Assembly: GCA_965214705.1 (NCBI GenBank)
Contig: OZ243972.1
Span: 864,001 to 928,000, forward strand
DNA: 64,000 nucleotides
Source of the DNA: Alphaproteobacteria bacterium
GTDB taxonomy: Bacteria > Pseudomonadota > Alphaproteobacteria > UBA828
Reading direction: 5' to 3'
The notes under the pieces were generated by a model that searched no databases, was not told the origin of the DNA, and saw nothing but the letters and a program-made list of their open reading frames with translations. Both the position numbers and the translations under genes were made by a program. Positions within the stretch are counted from its first letter, which is position 1; the number at the start of each line of letters is the position of its first letter. Shown here piece by piece: positions 31,826-41,370 of the stretch.

Positions 31826-33310
31826 TCACGGGAACCTGCCTGCCACGAACCAGTCCAGCGGCCGTTCGCCGGGATGGCTCATCAGCCACAATCGCGGCCC
31901 GCTGCGCGTCTGGACCCGCCAGTAGTCTCGGATGCGGGGATCTCCCGCCTTCCACCATTCCGGCGCCAACCGCTCGGGACCTATCGCGCTCTTCGTTTCG
32001 TAGGTGCCGTTGCGCCATGCGAAGCGCCGCGGCGGCCGTCCCGCCTCCAGCGGGCGCACCGGTTCGGGCGGTACGAACAGGCGCACCGGCCGGCTCCTCG
32101 GCGTGCGCGTCCAGATTTCTTCGCCGCCAGTGGCCGCCTCGACCGTGTCGAACTCCCGCTCCGGCAGGTGACTCTCGCGGGCCGCAAAGCGGCGGACCCG
32201 GTCGAACCCCAAACTGTTCCCGAGCGTCGAGACGATGCGGTCCAGCGCCTCCCCGGACCCGGCGTTGGGGCCCATGACGGTCTGGACCGGACGGATCGGC
32301 TCCACATCCTCGGCGGCCAACCGCAAACGGTCGGCTCCATACTCGATCCTGAGGCGGCCGAGCGGATGAGAGAACTGCTCGAGGATCGGCTTGACGGCGG
32401 CGCAGGGACGGGCGAAACCGATCCTGATCTCATGATCGCCGCTATCGACGCAGCGCAGCGTGAGCACGAACCGCCGCGCGCCCGTGGCGTCCGCCCTCAA
32501 CCGTTCGCAGACCGACTCCGCGAGCCGCGCGACGACCCGCTCCAGGTCGTCCTGCAGTCCGATCGGCTCGGGCAGCGTCATCCGCGCTGCATAAACGGCG
32601 GCCGGTTTCAACGGCGCGAACGGCTCCGGTGTCTGCCCGAGCGCGGCCGCGAGCGACCGGGCCGTCTCGATCCCGAACCGGCGCGCGAGTTGCGCGGACT
32701 CAATCTCGTAGAGCTGGCCGATGGACTCGAGTCCGACGCGGCGCAGATCGCCCGCGACCCGCAGCGGCAGATCGAGGCCGGCCACGGGCAGCGGGCTCAG
32801 CGCGTCGGCCGTCCCGCCGGGCGCAGCGATCACCACTCGAGCGCCTGCCCAACGCGCCAGCGCGCGGGCCGCGCCCTTCGTGTCGGCGATTCCGACCCGG
32901 GATTCAATATTCAGCGCGCCGAGAAGCTCGCGGCAATGGGCGCCCATTGCCGCCTCGCCCCCGAAGAGATGGGCGCAGCCCGAAATGTCCAGCAGCAGCC
33001 CGTCCGGCCCGTCGAGCGCCACCCTGGGCGAGAGGCGGTCGGCCCAGCGGACGAGCGCCGTCAGCAACGCCTGTTCGCGCATGACGTCCGCGGGCTCGGT
33101 CGCGAGGTCCGGGCAGATCGCCCGGGCATCGGCCAGGCTCAGCCCGACGTCGACGCCGGCGGCCTTCGCCGGCGCCGACACATGCGTTACGCGCCACGCA
33201 TTCCCGGTCTCGGCGACGATCGCGAACGCGCCTTCCGTGCGCGGATCGCCGAGCCGCACGAGCCGGTCAAACGGAAGTTGGGGTAGCCAAATGCAGAGCA
33301 CCCGGCCCAT
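31826..33310 (-). CDS. imuB: ImuB, inactive Y-family polymerase-like protein
   Basis: GLSLADARAICP, SPRVALDGPDGLLLDISGCAHLFGGE, GPERLAPEWW, RDYWRV. Stop overlaps the dnaE2 GTG. Confidence 0.92.
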   Translation of the reverse strand: MGRVLCIWLPQLPFDRLVRLGDPRTEGAFAIVAETGNAWRVTHVSAPAKAAGVDVGLSLADARAICPDLATEPADVMREQALLTALVRWADRLSPRVALDGPDGLLLDISGCAHLFGGEAAMGAHCRELLGALNIESRVGIADTKGAARALARWAGARVVIAAPGGTADALSPLPVAGLDLPLRVAGDLRRVGLESIGQLYEIESAQLARRFGIETARSLAAALGQTPEPFAPLKPAAVYAARMTLPEPIGLQDDLERVVARLAESVCERLRADATGARRFVLTLRCVDSGDHEIRIGFARPCAAVKPILEQFSHPLGRLRIEYGADRLRLAAEDVEPIRPVQTVMGPNAGSGEALDRIVSTLGNSLGFDRVRRFAARESHLPEREFDTVEAATGGEEIWTRTPRSRPVRLFVPPEPVRPLEAGRPPRRFAWRNGTYETKSAIGPERLAPEWWKAGDPRIRDYWRVQTRSGPRLWLMSHPGERPLDWFVAGRFP

Positions 33311-33830
33311 GGTCACTCTCCCGGCAGTCGATCCGCCACGCGCCCGTCTTCCCGCCCTTGTCCTTGATGAGCCGCAAGGTCCACGATCCGTCGTCCGATG
33401 CCTCGCAGAGCCAGCGGGTCTGGGCCGCGGAGGCTTGCGGTTGTCCCGAGATCAGAGCCAGGCCAAGGCCGCCGCCCTTTTCGGCGGCGATCTGCAGGCG
33501 GCGGCTTTCGCGCAGGTCCGGACCGCGCTCCAATTCGAAGATCACGCAAGACACGCCCGGCCGCCGCAGCACCTCCTCGGCAGCCCACAGTATCTCCGTC
33601 CGTGTCGCGGCGGCGACGAGCAGCAGCCGCGCCGGATCGATGAACTTCTGCAGGCCCGTCGGTGCGAGCGACCCGACGCCGCGCGCCAGCCCGATCCAGA
33701 TCACCGGCCCCGCCATGTGCGCGGCCATCGCGGCAGCGAAGCCGTCGGCCGCGTCGCCGACGGCCTCGTGGAGACGGCCCAAGACCAACTCGAACCGGTC
33801 CGCGCTTCCTATGACGCCATCACTCTTCAC
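33267..33830 (-). CDS. imuA: ImuA, RecA-like accessory protein
   Basis: GRLHEA, LWAAEEVLR, SRRLQIAAEKGG, SAAQTRW. GTG 33830 with GGAGAG RBS, downstream of the LexA box. Confidence 0.85.
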   Translation of the reverse strand: MKSDGVIGSADRFELVLGRLHEAVGDAADGFAAAMAAHMAGPVIWIGLARGVGSLAPTGLQKFIDPARLLLVAAATRTEILWAAEEVLRRPGVSCVIFELERGPDLRESRRLQIAAEKGGGLGLALISGQPQASAAQTRWLCEASDDGSWTLRLIKDKGGKTGAWRIDCRESDHGPGALHLATPTSV

Positions 33831-33890
33831 GAAAAACCCTCTCCCAATGCCGCGTTCGGCCGCTCCTTCCCGGATCGTCCCGCGCCGAAT

Positions 33891-33905
33891 GTTCTTATTA
33901 CGTTC
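33891..33905. promoter_or_regulatory. Alphaproteobacterial LexA (SOS) box upstream of imuA
   Basis: GTTC-TTATTAC-GTTC, a perfect GTTC-N7-GTTC, about 60 bp before the imuA start. Confidence 0.85.
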
Positions 33906-34067
33906 TCTAGGCGCGCACAAAGTCAAGGCGTTCGATGGGAGGAGGCCACTGCCATTCTCCTGGACTGGCTTCCGAACCATGGGCGTCATGCCCGCCGGTA
34001 GACGCTCATTGACTGCGCCGCCGGCGCCGGCCCCGTCTCCTCCGCACCCGCCGACGTTGCGCCAGCC

Positions 34068-34760
34068 TCAGTTGCAGGCGACGGCCTCGATGCAGCGCGG
34101 ATCGTCGTTTGCCGTTCTGTTCACCCGGGTACTGACGGGGCGCAGAGTCATCGCCTCGGGCGGATACGGGCCAAGCGGCACCGCCTCTCCGGCGAGCCAC
34201 GGACCGAACGCCTCCGGGAACAGGATCACCGGCATACGGTCGTGAACAGGAGCCACCGCGTCATTCGCGGTCGTGGTGAGAATGGTGCAGGTCTCGATCT
34301 CCACGCCCGCGTCCGTTTCTGCGAGCCATCCCTTGCCTTCGATCCCCTCGGGCACGGTCCAGCGTTCCCACAGACCGGCGAACGCGAAAATCGCGCCGCC
34401 CGTGAGCCCGAACAGCCAGGGCTGTTTCGTCCCCGCCCTATCTTCCCACTCGTAAAAGCCGTCGGCCGGGATCAGGCAGCGGCGCGCGCGGAAGGCGGCG
34501 CGGAACGCCGGCTTCGTACCGGCGGTTTCGGCGCGGGCATTGATGAGCCTGTAGCCAATGTTCGGCTCCCTGGCCCAGGACAGGATCAGACCCCATCGCA
34601 GCAACGAAAGCCGGCGCTTACCCTCGCACAGCCGCACCGCCGCGATGTCCTGCCCGGGCGCGACGTTGTAGCGCGGCCGCAGGTTCCGGGCCGGGCCGGT
34701 CAGGCTGAGAAATGCGTGGATTTCCTGCCACGCGTAGCTTTGTGTGAATCGACCGCACAT
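34068..34760 (-). CDS. SOS response-associated peptidase (SRAP/YedK/HMCES family)
   Basis: MCGRF start, RYNVAP, NARAET, RRCLIPADGFYEW, HDRMPVIL. Confidence 0.95.
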   Translation of the reverse strand: MCGRFTQSYAWQEIHAFLSLTGPARNLRPRYNVAPGQDIAAVRLCEGKRRLSLLRWGLILSWAREPNIGYRLINARAETAGTKPAFRAAFRARRCLIPADGFYEWEDRAGTKQPWLFGLTGGAIFAFAGLWERWTVPEGIEGKGWLAETDAGVEIETCTILTTTANDAVAPVHDRMPVILFPEAFGPWLAGEAVPLGPYPPEAMTLRPVSTRVNRTANDDPRCIEAVACN

Positions 34761-35035
34761 TCGATCCAATTGCGTCGACAGTGTGGCTGGTCGCGAAGCA
34801 CCACTCTCCGCTGGGTTGGACACCAGTCCGTCCAATCCGGTCATCCCGGCCACCATCACGCCTGCAACCCGGCTGGACGACTCCCTCCTCTCGGACGGCC
34901 CGGCGCTTCGGTTGCACCGCCCCACTTGGGCCCGCAAATCCCTCTGCACTGCGCGCCCCGGCTTATCGGTGAGCCATATCGGTGAGCCATGGCTTCGTTT
35001 GTATCCTCTGGCCGAACGGACCGGGGTGACGGAGA

Positions 35036-36472
35036 ATGGTCTCAATGATGCGAACGGAGCACACGGTGAAGACCCTTCGCGATCTCCCGGGCCCTGGAGG
35101 ATTGCCCGTGCTGGGCAACCTGCACCGGATCCGTTTCGACCGGCTGCACCTGACCCTGGAAGAGTGGGCCGCGCAGTACGGCCCCATGTTCAGACTCCGC
35201 ATCGGGCCACACTGCATCGCTGTGATCTCGGACCGCTCGGCCATCCAACGCATCCTGGTTCAGCGTCCCGAGGGCTTCCGGCGCACCACCGCCCTTGCGG
35301 CAGTCGCCACGGAAATGCGCCTGAACGGCGTCTTCGCGGCCGAGGGAGAGGACTGGCGGCGTCAGCGCCGCATGGTGGTAGAGGCCCTGAACCGGGCCAA
35401 GCTCGAGACCTTCTTCCCGACGCTGGCTGTGACGGTCGGCCGGCTGCAACGGCGCTGGGAGGGGGCGGCGGAAACAGCACAGACCGTGGACCTCTGTGGC
35501 GACCTGATGCGCTTCACCGTCGACGTCACCATGCAGCTCGCCTTCGGTATCGATGCCAACACGCTGGAGACATCGGGTCCGGTGATCCAGCGCCATCTCG
35601 ACAAGGTCTTTCCGGTGCTGCACCGGCGGGTGAACGCCGCCTTCCCGTATTGGCGCTACGTCCGACTGCCTTCGGACCGGGCGCTCGACCGCGCATTGGC
35701 CGCCCTAGAGGACGAGGTGCGCGCCATGGTCCGGGCCACCCGCGAGCGCATGGCGGCAGAGCCCGAGCGCTACCAGGCACCCGCGAACTTTCTGGAGGCC
35801 ATCCTGGCGGCTGTGGAGGCAGAGGAATCGGGCTTCTCGGATGCGGAGATCTTCGCCAACGCGGGCACGCTGCTGCTGGCGGGCGAGGACACCACCGCCA
35901 ACAGCATCTCCTGGGCCGTTCACTTTTTCATCGAGTATGGGGAGCACTTCGAGCGGGCGCGCGCCGAGGTCGACGCGCTGGTTGCGCCAGATCCGGCCAT
36001 CGCAAAGCTGGAGCAGACCAAGGAGCTTCCCTTCCTCGACGCGTTTTGCCACGAGGCAATGCGCCTGAAGCCAGTCGCGCCGCTCCATGTATTGGAGCCC
36101 ATAGCCGACGTTACGATCCTCGACTGCCTGATCCCGAAGGGGACACCGCTGATGCTGCTGGTCCGGCGCATGGCAACCCGGGATGAGAACTTCGGCGAAG
36201 GCTCCTGCTTCAATCCCGAGCGCTGGCTTGTTCCGTCCGAGGAGAGGCGCTTCCAACACGATCACCGCGCCTTCGTTCCTTTCGGGGCCGGCCCGCGCCT
36301 TTGCCCCGGACGAAGTCTCGCCCTGGTCCAGATCCGCACGGTGCTGGCCATGCTGTGCCGGAACTTCGAGGTCGAGCCGGTGAACACCGGCGACGAGGTG
36401 AAGGAGCACCTGGCGTTCACGATGATGCCGGCCAACCTGTCGGTGCGCTTCAGACGAAGGATGCTCACCTGA
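35036..36472 (+). CDS. Cytochrome P450
   Basis: AGEDTT I-helix, EAMR, FNPERW, FGAGPRLCPG heme motif. Confidence 0.95.
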   Translation: MVSMMRTEHTVKTLRDLPGPGGLPVLGNLHRIRFDRLHLTLEEWAAQYGPMFRLRIGPHCIAVISDRSAIQRILVQRPEGFRRTTALAAVATEMRLNGVFAAEGEDWRRQRRMVVEALNRAKLETFFPTLAVTVGRLQRRWEGAAETAQTVDLCGDLMRFTVDVTMQLAFGIDANTLETSGPVIQRHLDKVFPVLHRRVNAAFPYWRYVRLPSDRALDRALAALEDEVRAMVRATRERMAAEPERYQAPANFLEAILAAVEAEESGFSDAEIFANAGTLLLAGEDTTANSISWAVHFFIEYGEHFERARAEVDALVAPDPAIAKLEQTKELPFLDAFCHEAMRLKPVAPLHVLEPIADVTILDCLIPKGTPLMLLVRRMATRDENFGEGSCFNPERWLVPSEERRFQHDHRAFVPFGAGPRLCPGRSLALVQIRTVLAMLCRNFEVEPVNTGDEVKEHLAFTMMPANLSVRFRRRMLT

Positions 36473-36967
36473 TCCACAAGTTCGAGACGCTGGCAGCAGG
36501 CTGGCCGATCCAGTACGGACCTACCTGCCGTCTTCGATAACTGTCCACGTAACCGTTCGCTCAAACCGTGATGGCCCGGTTGGGCGGAAGCAGCGAACGG
36601 CCGCAATGGCCGGAAATAGGCCGGCTGCCCGCTCCGACGCCACCCGCCGGCCGGACGATTCCACGGCCTGAACGAACATTTACCTGTCCACCATGTGGGG
36701 GGGCCGACGGAAGTTGGAATGAGTCCTCTTTCAGTTTGATTACAAGGGTTTGACATGACAAGCGTGGAGATTGGGGCGGTGGAAAATAATGGCGTAAAAA
36801 CATCATGTTATGTGCTGGTCGCACATATGACAGTGGGCGGGGTGTTAGAACTGGTGAGAAAAGCGGGAGAACACCCGCCCGCCGCAGGCTGGATATTCGC
36901 CAGGGCAGGCACTATGTAGTGTGCTGCGGCGCAGCATTGGCGCGCCGAAGCCGGGAGAACACTGAGC

Positions 36968-38155
36968 ATGATGGATGATCCGATCGTCATCGTCGGCATG
37001 GCGCGCACGCCCATGGGCGGGTTTCAGGGTGCATTGAAGGACGCGCGGGCGCCCGAGCTGGGCTCCGCCGCGATCGAAGCGGCGCTGAACCGCGCGGGCA
37101 TCGCTGCCGACGAGGTCGACGAGGTCATCATGGGCAACATCCTCTCGGCGGGTCAGGGGCAGGCGCCGGCGCGCCAGGCCTCCATCGGCGCCGGCATCCC
37201 TGAGGCCGTCGGCTGCACCACCATCAACAAGATGTGCGGCTCCGGCATGAAGGCCACCATGTTTGCGCACGACCTGATCGCGGCCGGCTCCGGCGATATT
37301 GTCGTCGCCGGCGGCATGGAGAGCATGACCAACGCGCCCTACCTGCTGGATCGCGCGCGCAGCGGCTACCGCATGGGCCACGGCAAGGTGCAGGACCATA
37401 TGTTCCTCGACGGCCTGGAGGACGCCTACGACAAGGGCAAGCTGATGGGCCACTTCGCCGAGGAGACGGCGCGCACCTATCAGTTCACCCGCGAGCAGCA
37501 GGACGAGTTCGCCATCACCTCGCTCACCCGCGCGAAGACGGCGATCGAGGACGGCTCCTTCGACGGCGAGGTGACGCCGGTCACGGTCAAGCACCGCAAG
37601 GGCGAGACGGTGGTGGACCGGGACGAGCAGCCGCTCACCGCCGACCTCGACAAGATCCCGACGCTGCGACCGGCCTTCGCCAAGGACGGCTCGGTGACCG
37701 CCGCGAACTCCAGCTCGATCTCGGACGGCGGCGCCGCGCTGGTACTAATGCGTCGCTCCGAGGCCGAGCGGCGCGGGCTCACGCCGGTCGCGGTCATTCA
37801 TGGCCACGCGACGCACGCGCAGGCGCCCGCCTGGTTCACCACCGCGCCGGGGCCGGCGCTCCGCAAGCTGTTCGAGAAGGTGGGCTGGGACGCGGAAGAC
37901 GTGGACCTCTACGAGATCAACGAGGCCTTCGCGGTCGTCACCATGGCGGCCATGCGCGATCTCGACCTCGACCACGACAAGGTGAACGTGCACGGCGGGG
38001 CCTGCGCTCTCGGCCATCCGGTCGGCGCCTCCGGCGCGCGCATCATCATCACCCTGCTGGCGGCGCTGGAGAAATACGGCCTCGACAAGGGAGCGGCGGC
38101 GCTCTGCATCGGCGGCGGCGAGGCCACGGCGTTGGCCGTCGAGCGCCTGCACTAA
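36968..38155 (+). CDS. Acetyl-CoA C-acyltransferase (thiolase)
   Basis: NKMCGSGM, NEAFA, GHPVGASG, LCIGGG. Confidence 0.96.
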   Translation: MMDDPIVIVGMARTPMGGFQGALKDARAPELGSAAIEAALNRAGIAADEVDEVIMGNILSAGQGQAPARQASIGAGIPEAVGCTTINKMCGSGMKATMFAHDLIAAGSGDIVVAGGMESMTNAPYLLDRARSGYRMGHGKVQDHMFLDGLEDAYDKGKLMGHFAEETARTYQFTREQQDEFAITSLTRAKTAIEDGSFDGEVTPVTVKHRKGETVVDRDEQPLTADLDKIPTLRPAFAKDGSVTAANSSSISDGGAALVLMRRSEAERRGLTPVAVIHGHATHAQAPAWFTTAPGPALRKLFEKVGWDAEDVDLYEINEAFAVVTMAAMRDLDLDHDKVNVHGGACALGHPVGASGARIIITLLAALEKYGLDKGAAALCIGGGEATALAVERLH

Positions 38156-38165
38156 GGCGCGGACG

Positions 38166-38765
38166 ATGGCGGGCGCGCGCGAGACCATACCGGCCCGTCG
38201 CGGACGGGCTGTCAGGCTCCGCGCCGGCGAGCAACTTCGCCTCATCAACACCCACGGCACCCAGGTGGTGGACACCTGGGCCTTCAACGCGGGCGACATG
38301 GCCGAGTGCATGTCGATGGAGCATTCCCGCGTCGCCATCGGCGGCGTCTTCCCCAAGCCCGGCGATACCATGGTCACCAACAAGCGCCGGCCCATCCTCA
38401 CCCTCGTGGAGGACACCTCGCCCGGCATCCACGACACGCTGATCGCCGCCTGCGACCGCTGGCGCTACATGCTGCTGGGCGCAGGCGACGATCACGACAA
38501 TTGCGAAGACAACCTGCACGCCGCGCTGGCGGCGCTGGGCCTCAAAGCGCCGAAGACACCCTCGCCCTGGAACATGTGGATGAACATCCCGGTGGGCGAG
38601 GGCGGCTTGGTCTCCTTCGAGCCGGGCGTGGCGAGCCCCGGCGACTACGTCGTGCTGCAGGCGGAGATGGACCTAGTGCTCGCCTTCTCCTGCTGCCCGC
38701 AGGACATCCTCCCCATCAACGGCGTCGCGTGTAATCCGGTGGACGCCGCCTACGAGCGGCTCTGA
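38166..38765 (+). CDS. Urea carboxylase-associated family protein (DUF1989)
   Basis: GTQVVDTWAF, HDTLIAACD, NCEDNL, SCCPQD. Confidence 0.88.
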   Translation: MAGARETIPARRGRAVRLRAGEQLRLINTHGTQVVDTWAFNAGDMAECMSMEHSRVAIGGVFPKPGDTMVTNKRRPILTLVEDTSPGIHDTLIAACDRWRYMLLGAGDDHDNCEDNLHAALAALGLKAPKTPSPWNMWMNIPVGEGGLVSFEPGVASPGDYVVLQAEMDLVLAFSCCPQDILPINGVACNPVDAAYERL

Positions 38766-38776
38766 GGGCCAAGGCC

Positions 38777-39928
38777 ATGGCAGGGAACGGCATCTTCCTC
38801 ACCGACGAGCAGCGGATGGTCCGCGACATGGCGCGCGACTTCGCTGCCAACGAGCTCGCCCCCCATGCCGGCCGGTGGGACCTGAACGGCGGCTACCCCG
38901 ACGACATCCTCCCACGCATGGGCCGGCTCGGGCTCATGGGGATGCTGGTGCCGCCGGAGTGGGACGGCGCCGGCGCGGACCACGTGGCCTACGCGCTCGC
39001 CATGGAAGAGATCGCCGCCGGCGACGTGGGCACGTCCACGGCCATGAGCGTGAACAACTCGCTGGTCTGCGCGGGCATTCTCAGGGGCGGCTCCGAAGAG
39101 CAGAAGGAGCGCTTCCTGCGCCCGCTCGCGCGCGGCGACATGCTGGGCTGCTTCTGCCTGACCGAACCGCAGGCGGGCTCGGATGCCTCCAACCTGCGCA
39201 CCCGCGCGGTGGCGGACGGCAACGGCTACCGGCTGAGCGGCACCAAGCAGTTCGTCTCCAGCGGCTCCAGGGCGGACCTTGCAATGGTCTTCGCCGTGAC
39301 CGATCCGGATGCCGGCAAGAAGGGGATCAGCTGCTTCCTGGTTCCGACGGAGACGGAGGGCTACACGGTCGCGAGCCACGAGACCAAGATGGGCCAGCGC
39401 GCCCACGACACCTGCCAGATCGTCTTCGAGGACGTGCGGCTCACCCCCGACCTGATGCTGGGCGAGCCGGGGCAGGGCTATGCCATCGCGCTCGGCAATC
39501 TCGAAGGCGGCCGCATCGGGGTCGCAGCCCAGGCGACGGGCGCCATGCGCGCGGCCTACGAGGCTGCGCTCGACTACGCCAGGGAACGCACGAGCTTCGG
39601 CAAGCCGCTGATCGAGCATCAGGCGGTAGGCTTCCGCCTCGCCGACATGGCGACGGAGATCGAGGCGTCGCGGCTCTTGACGCTGCAGGCCGCGCGGCTG
39701 CGGGATGCCGGCGAGCCCTGCCTGAAGGAAGCCTCGATGGCCAAGCTCTTCGCTTCGGAGACCGCCGAGAGGGTCTGCTCCAAGGCGATCCAGACGTTAG
39801 GCGGCTACGGCTACCTGAGCGACTTCCCGGTGGAGCGCATCTATCGCGACCAGCGGGTCTGCACCATTTACGAGGGCACGAGCGACGTGCAGCGGCTGGT
39901 GATCAGCCGGGCGCTCGCGCGGGAGTAA
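38777..39928 (+). CDS. Acyl-CoA dehydrogenase
   Basis: FCLTEPQAGSD, GGRIGVAAQ, GGYGY, IYEGTSDVQR. Confidence 0.95.
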   Translation: MAGNGIFLTDEQRMVRDMARDFAANELAPHAGRWDLNGGYPDDILPRMGRLGLMGMLVPPEWDGAGADHVAYALAMEEIAAGDVGTSTAMSVNNSLVCAGILRGGSEEQKERFLRPLARGDMLGCFCLTEPQAGSDASNLRTRAVADGNGYRLSGTKQFVSSGSRADLAMVFAVTDPDAGKKGISCFLVPTETEGYTVASHETKMGQRAHDTCQIVFEDVRLTPDLMLGEPGQGYAIALGNLEGGRIGVAAQATGAMRAAYEAALDYARERTSFGKPLIEHQAVGFRLADMATEIEASRLLTLQAARLRDAGEPCLKEASMAKLFASETAERVCSKAIQTLGGYGYLSDFPVERIYRDQRVCTIYEGTSDVQRLVISRALARE

Positions 39929-39932
39929 GGCG

Positions 39933-40535
39933 ATGAGCGACAGTCTCGACTTCTATTTCGATTTCTCGTCGCCCTACGGCTACCTCGCGTCCGAGCGCAT
40001 CGACGGGATTGCGGCGAAGCACGGGCGGGGCGTCACCTGGCGGCCGATGCTGCTGGGCGCCGTGTTCCAGAAGATCGGCGGCAGCCCCCTGGTCAACCAG
40101 CCGATGAAGGGGCCTTACTCACAGCACGACATGCTGCGCTCGGCGCGCCTCCACGGCATTGCCTTCAATGTCCCCGACAACTTCCCGGTCAACAGCATCG
40201 CCGCCTGCCGCGCCTACTACTGGATGGCGGATGGCGACGCCGCAACGGCGCACCACTTCGCCCAGGCGCTCTATCGCGGCTACTTCGTCGAGAACCGCGA
40301 TCTGAGCCAGCCGGAGACGGTGGTCGCGGCGGCGCAGGCGCTCGGCGTGGACGGCGATGCACTGGTCGCGGCAGTTCAGGATCAGGCGATCAAAGATCGG
40401 CTCCGCGTCGAGAACGATGCCGCGCTCGATCGCGGCGTCTTCGGCTCGCCCACCGTCTTCGTCGGCGACGAGATGTTCTGGGGCCACGACCGGCTGGAGC
40501 AGATCGACCGCTGGCTCGAAACCGGCGGCTGGTAG
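39933..40535 (+). CDS. 2-hydroxychromene-2-carboxylate isomerase / kappa-GST (DsbA-like)
   Basis: FYFDFSSPYGY, GVFGSPT, FWGHDRL. Confidence 0.92.
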   Translation: MSDSLDFYFDFSSPYGYLASERIDGIAAKHGRGVTWRPMLLGAVFQKIGGSPLVNQPMKGPYSQHDMLRSARLHGIAFNVPDNFPVNSIAACRAYYWMADGDAATAHHFAQALYRGYFVENRDLSQPETVVAAAQALGVDGDALVAAVQDQAIKDRLRVENDAALDRGVFGSPTVFVGDEMFWGHDRLEQIDRWLETGGW

Positions 40536-40560
40536 CTATCGAAAGGGGCGTGCGACCGGA

Positions 40561-41343
40561 TCAGCTGCCCGCGCCGGCTCCCAGCTTTACCTCGTCGTCG
40601 TAGACCCCCTCCGGCAGCGGCAGGCCGTCGAGCTCGGCGTCGCCGAGGGGGCCGTCCGGCGCGATGCCGCGCTGCTCCAGGAGCACCATGAGCTGGCGGG
40701 CATGCTGGGCCGCGTGCCACGCCGTCCGCTCCAGCACGCTCTCCGTCGGGTGGATGTCGTAGTAGGTGTCGAGGGTGCCGAGGCGCCCCGCGTCGGCCGT
40801 GCGCCACCAGGATGCGAGCGCGTTGCGCACGGTCTGGCCGTAAGCCGAGACCTGGGCCGCGCTCCGCATCTCGGGCCCGGGCGTGCGCTCGAAATAGTCG
40901 AACGTGAGCCGTACGCCCTGGGCCGCGTCGATGAACGCCGCCGGGATCACGAAGATGTGGTAGCCGAGGTCGAGGATGGTGCGCTCGCGACCGGGCAGCC
41001 CTTCCTCCAGGTCGGCGGCCGGGAACTGGCCGAGATAGCGCTGGGTCGCGGCGAGGATGAGGTCGATCCGCTCAACCAGCTCCGCCGGCGGCAGCGCGTG
41101 TCGGTCGAACTCGACGCCGATGAAGCGCGCGAGGTCGCCGAGGTCCTGGGCGAAGACGAAGCGGCGCCCTTGCACGACGACTGGCACCGACTGGGCGCCG
41201 AGGTTCGCAAGCTCCTCCATCGCTTCCGGCCTCGCGCGGACGTTGATCGATTCGTAGGTGATCCCGCGCGTAGCCAGGAACTCCTTGGCCCGAAGACAAC
41301 TGGAACATCCTGGCTGCCAATACACCTTGAAGTCGTCTGCCAT
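40561..41343 (-). CDS. Glutaredoxin-like domain fused to a DinB-like domain
   Basis: YWQPGCSSCLRAKEFL...SVPVV, then LGYHIF...WHAAQHARQL. Confidence 0.75.
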   Translation of the reverse strand: MADDFKVYWQPGCSSCLRAKEFLATRGITYESINVRARPEAMEELANLGAQSVPVVVQGRRFVFAQDLGDLARFIGVEFDRHALPPAELVERIDLILAATQRYLGQFPAADLEEGLPGRERTILDLGYHIFVIPAAFIDAAQGVRLTFDYFERTPGPEMRSAAQVSAYGQTVRNALASWWRTADAGRLGTLDTYYDIHPTESVLERTAWHAAQHARQLMVLLEQRGIAPDGPLGDAELDGLPLPEGVYDDEVKLGAGAGS

Positions 41344-41370
41344 GTCCGCTCTCCTCGGCGGGCGGCGCGC

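Larger units (their letters stand above)
22202..31829 (-). pseudogene. dnaE2: Error-prone DNA polymerase DnaE2 (ImuC), split into four pieces by three IS1634 insertions
   Basis: Pieces 30280-31829, 28120-28183, 25055-26023 and 22202-22894. Removing the ISs and one copy of each 4-bp TSD gives 3264 nt (1087 aa) in frame. Motifs [61 protein letters not shown]. Confidence 0.93.

Noticed and set aside
36473-36960. Possible island boundary with an att site, tRNA or attC
   Set aside because: Composition and gene content change here, but no tRNA, direct repeat or clear attC could be identified.
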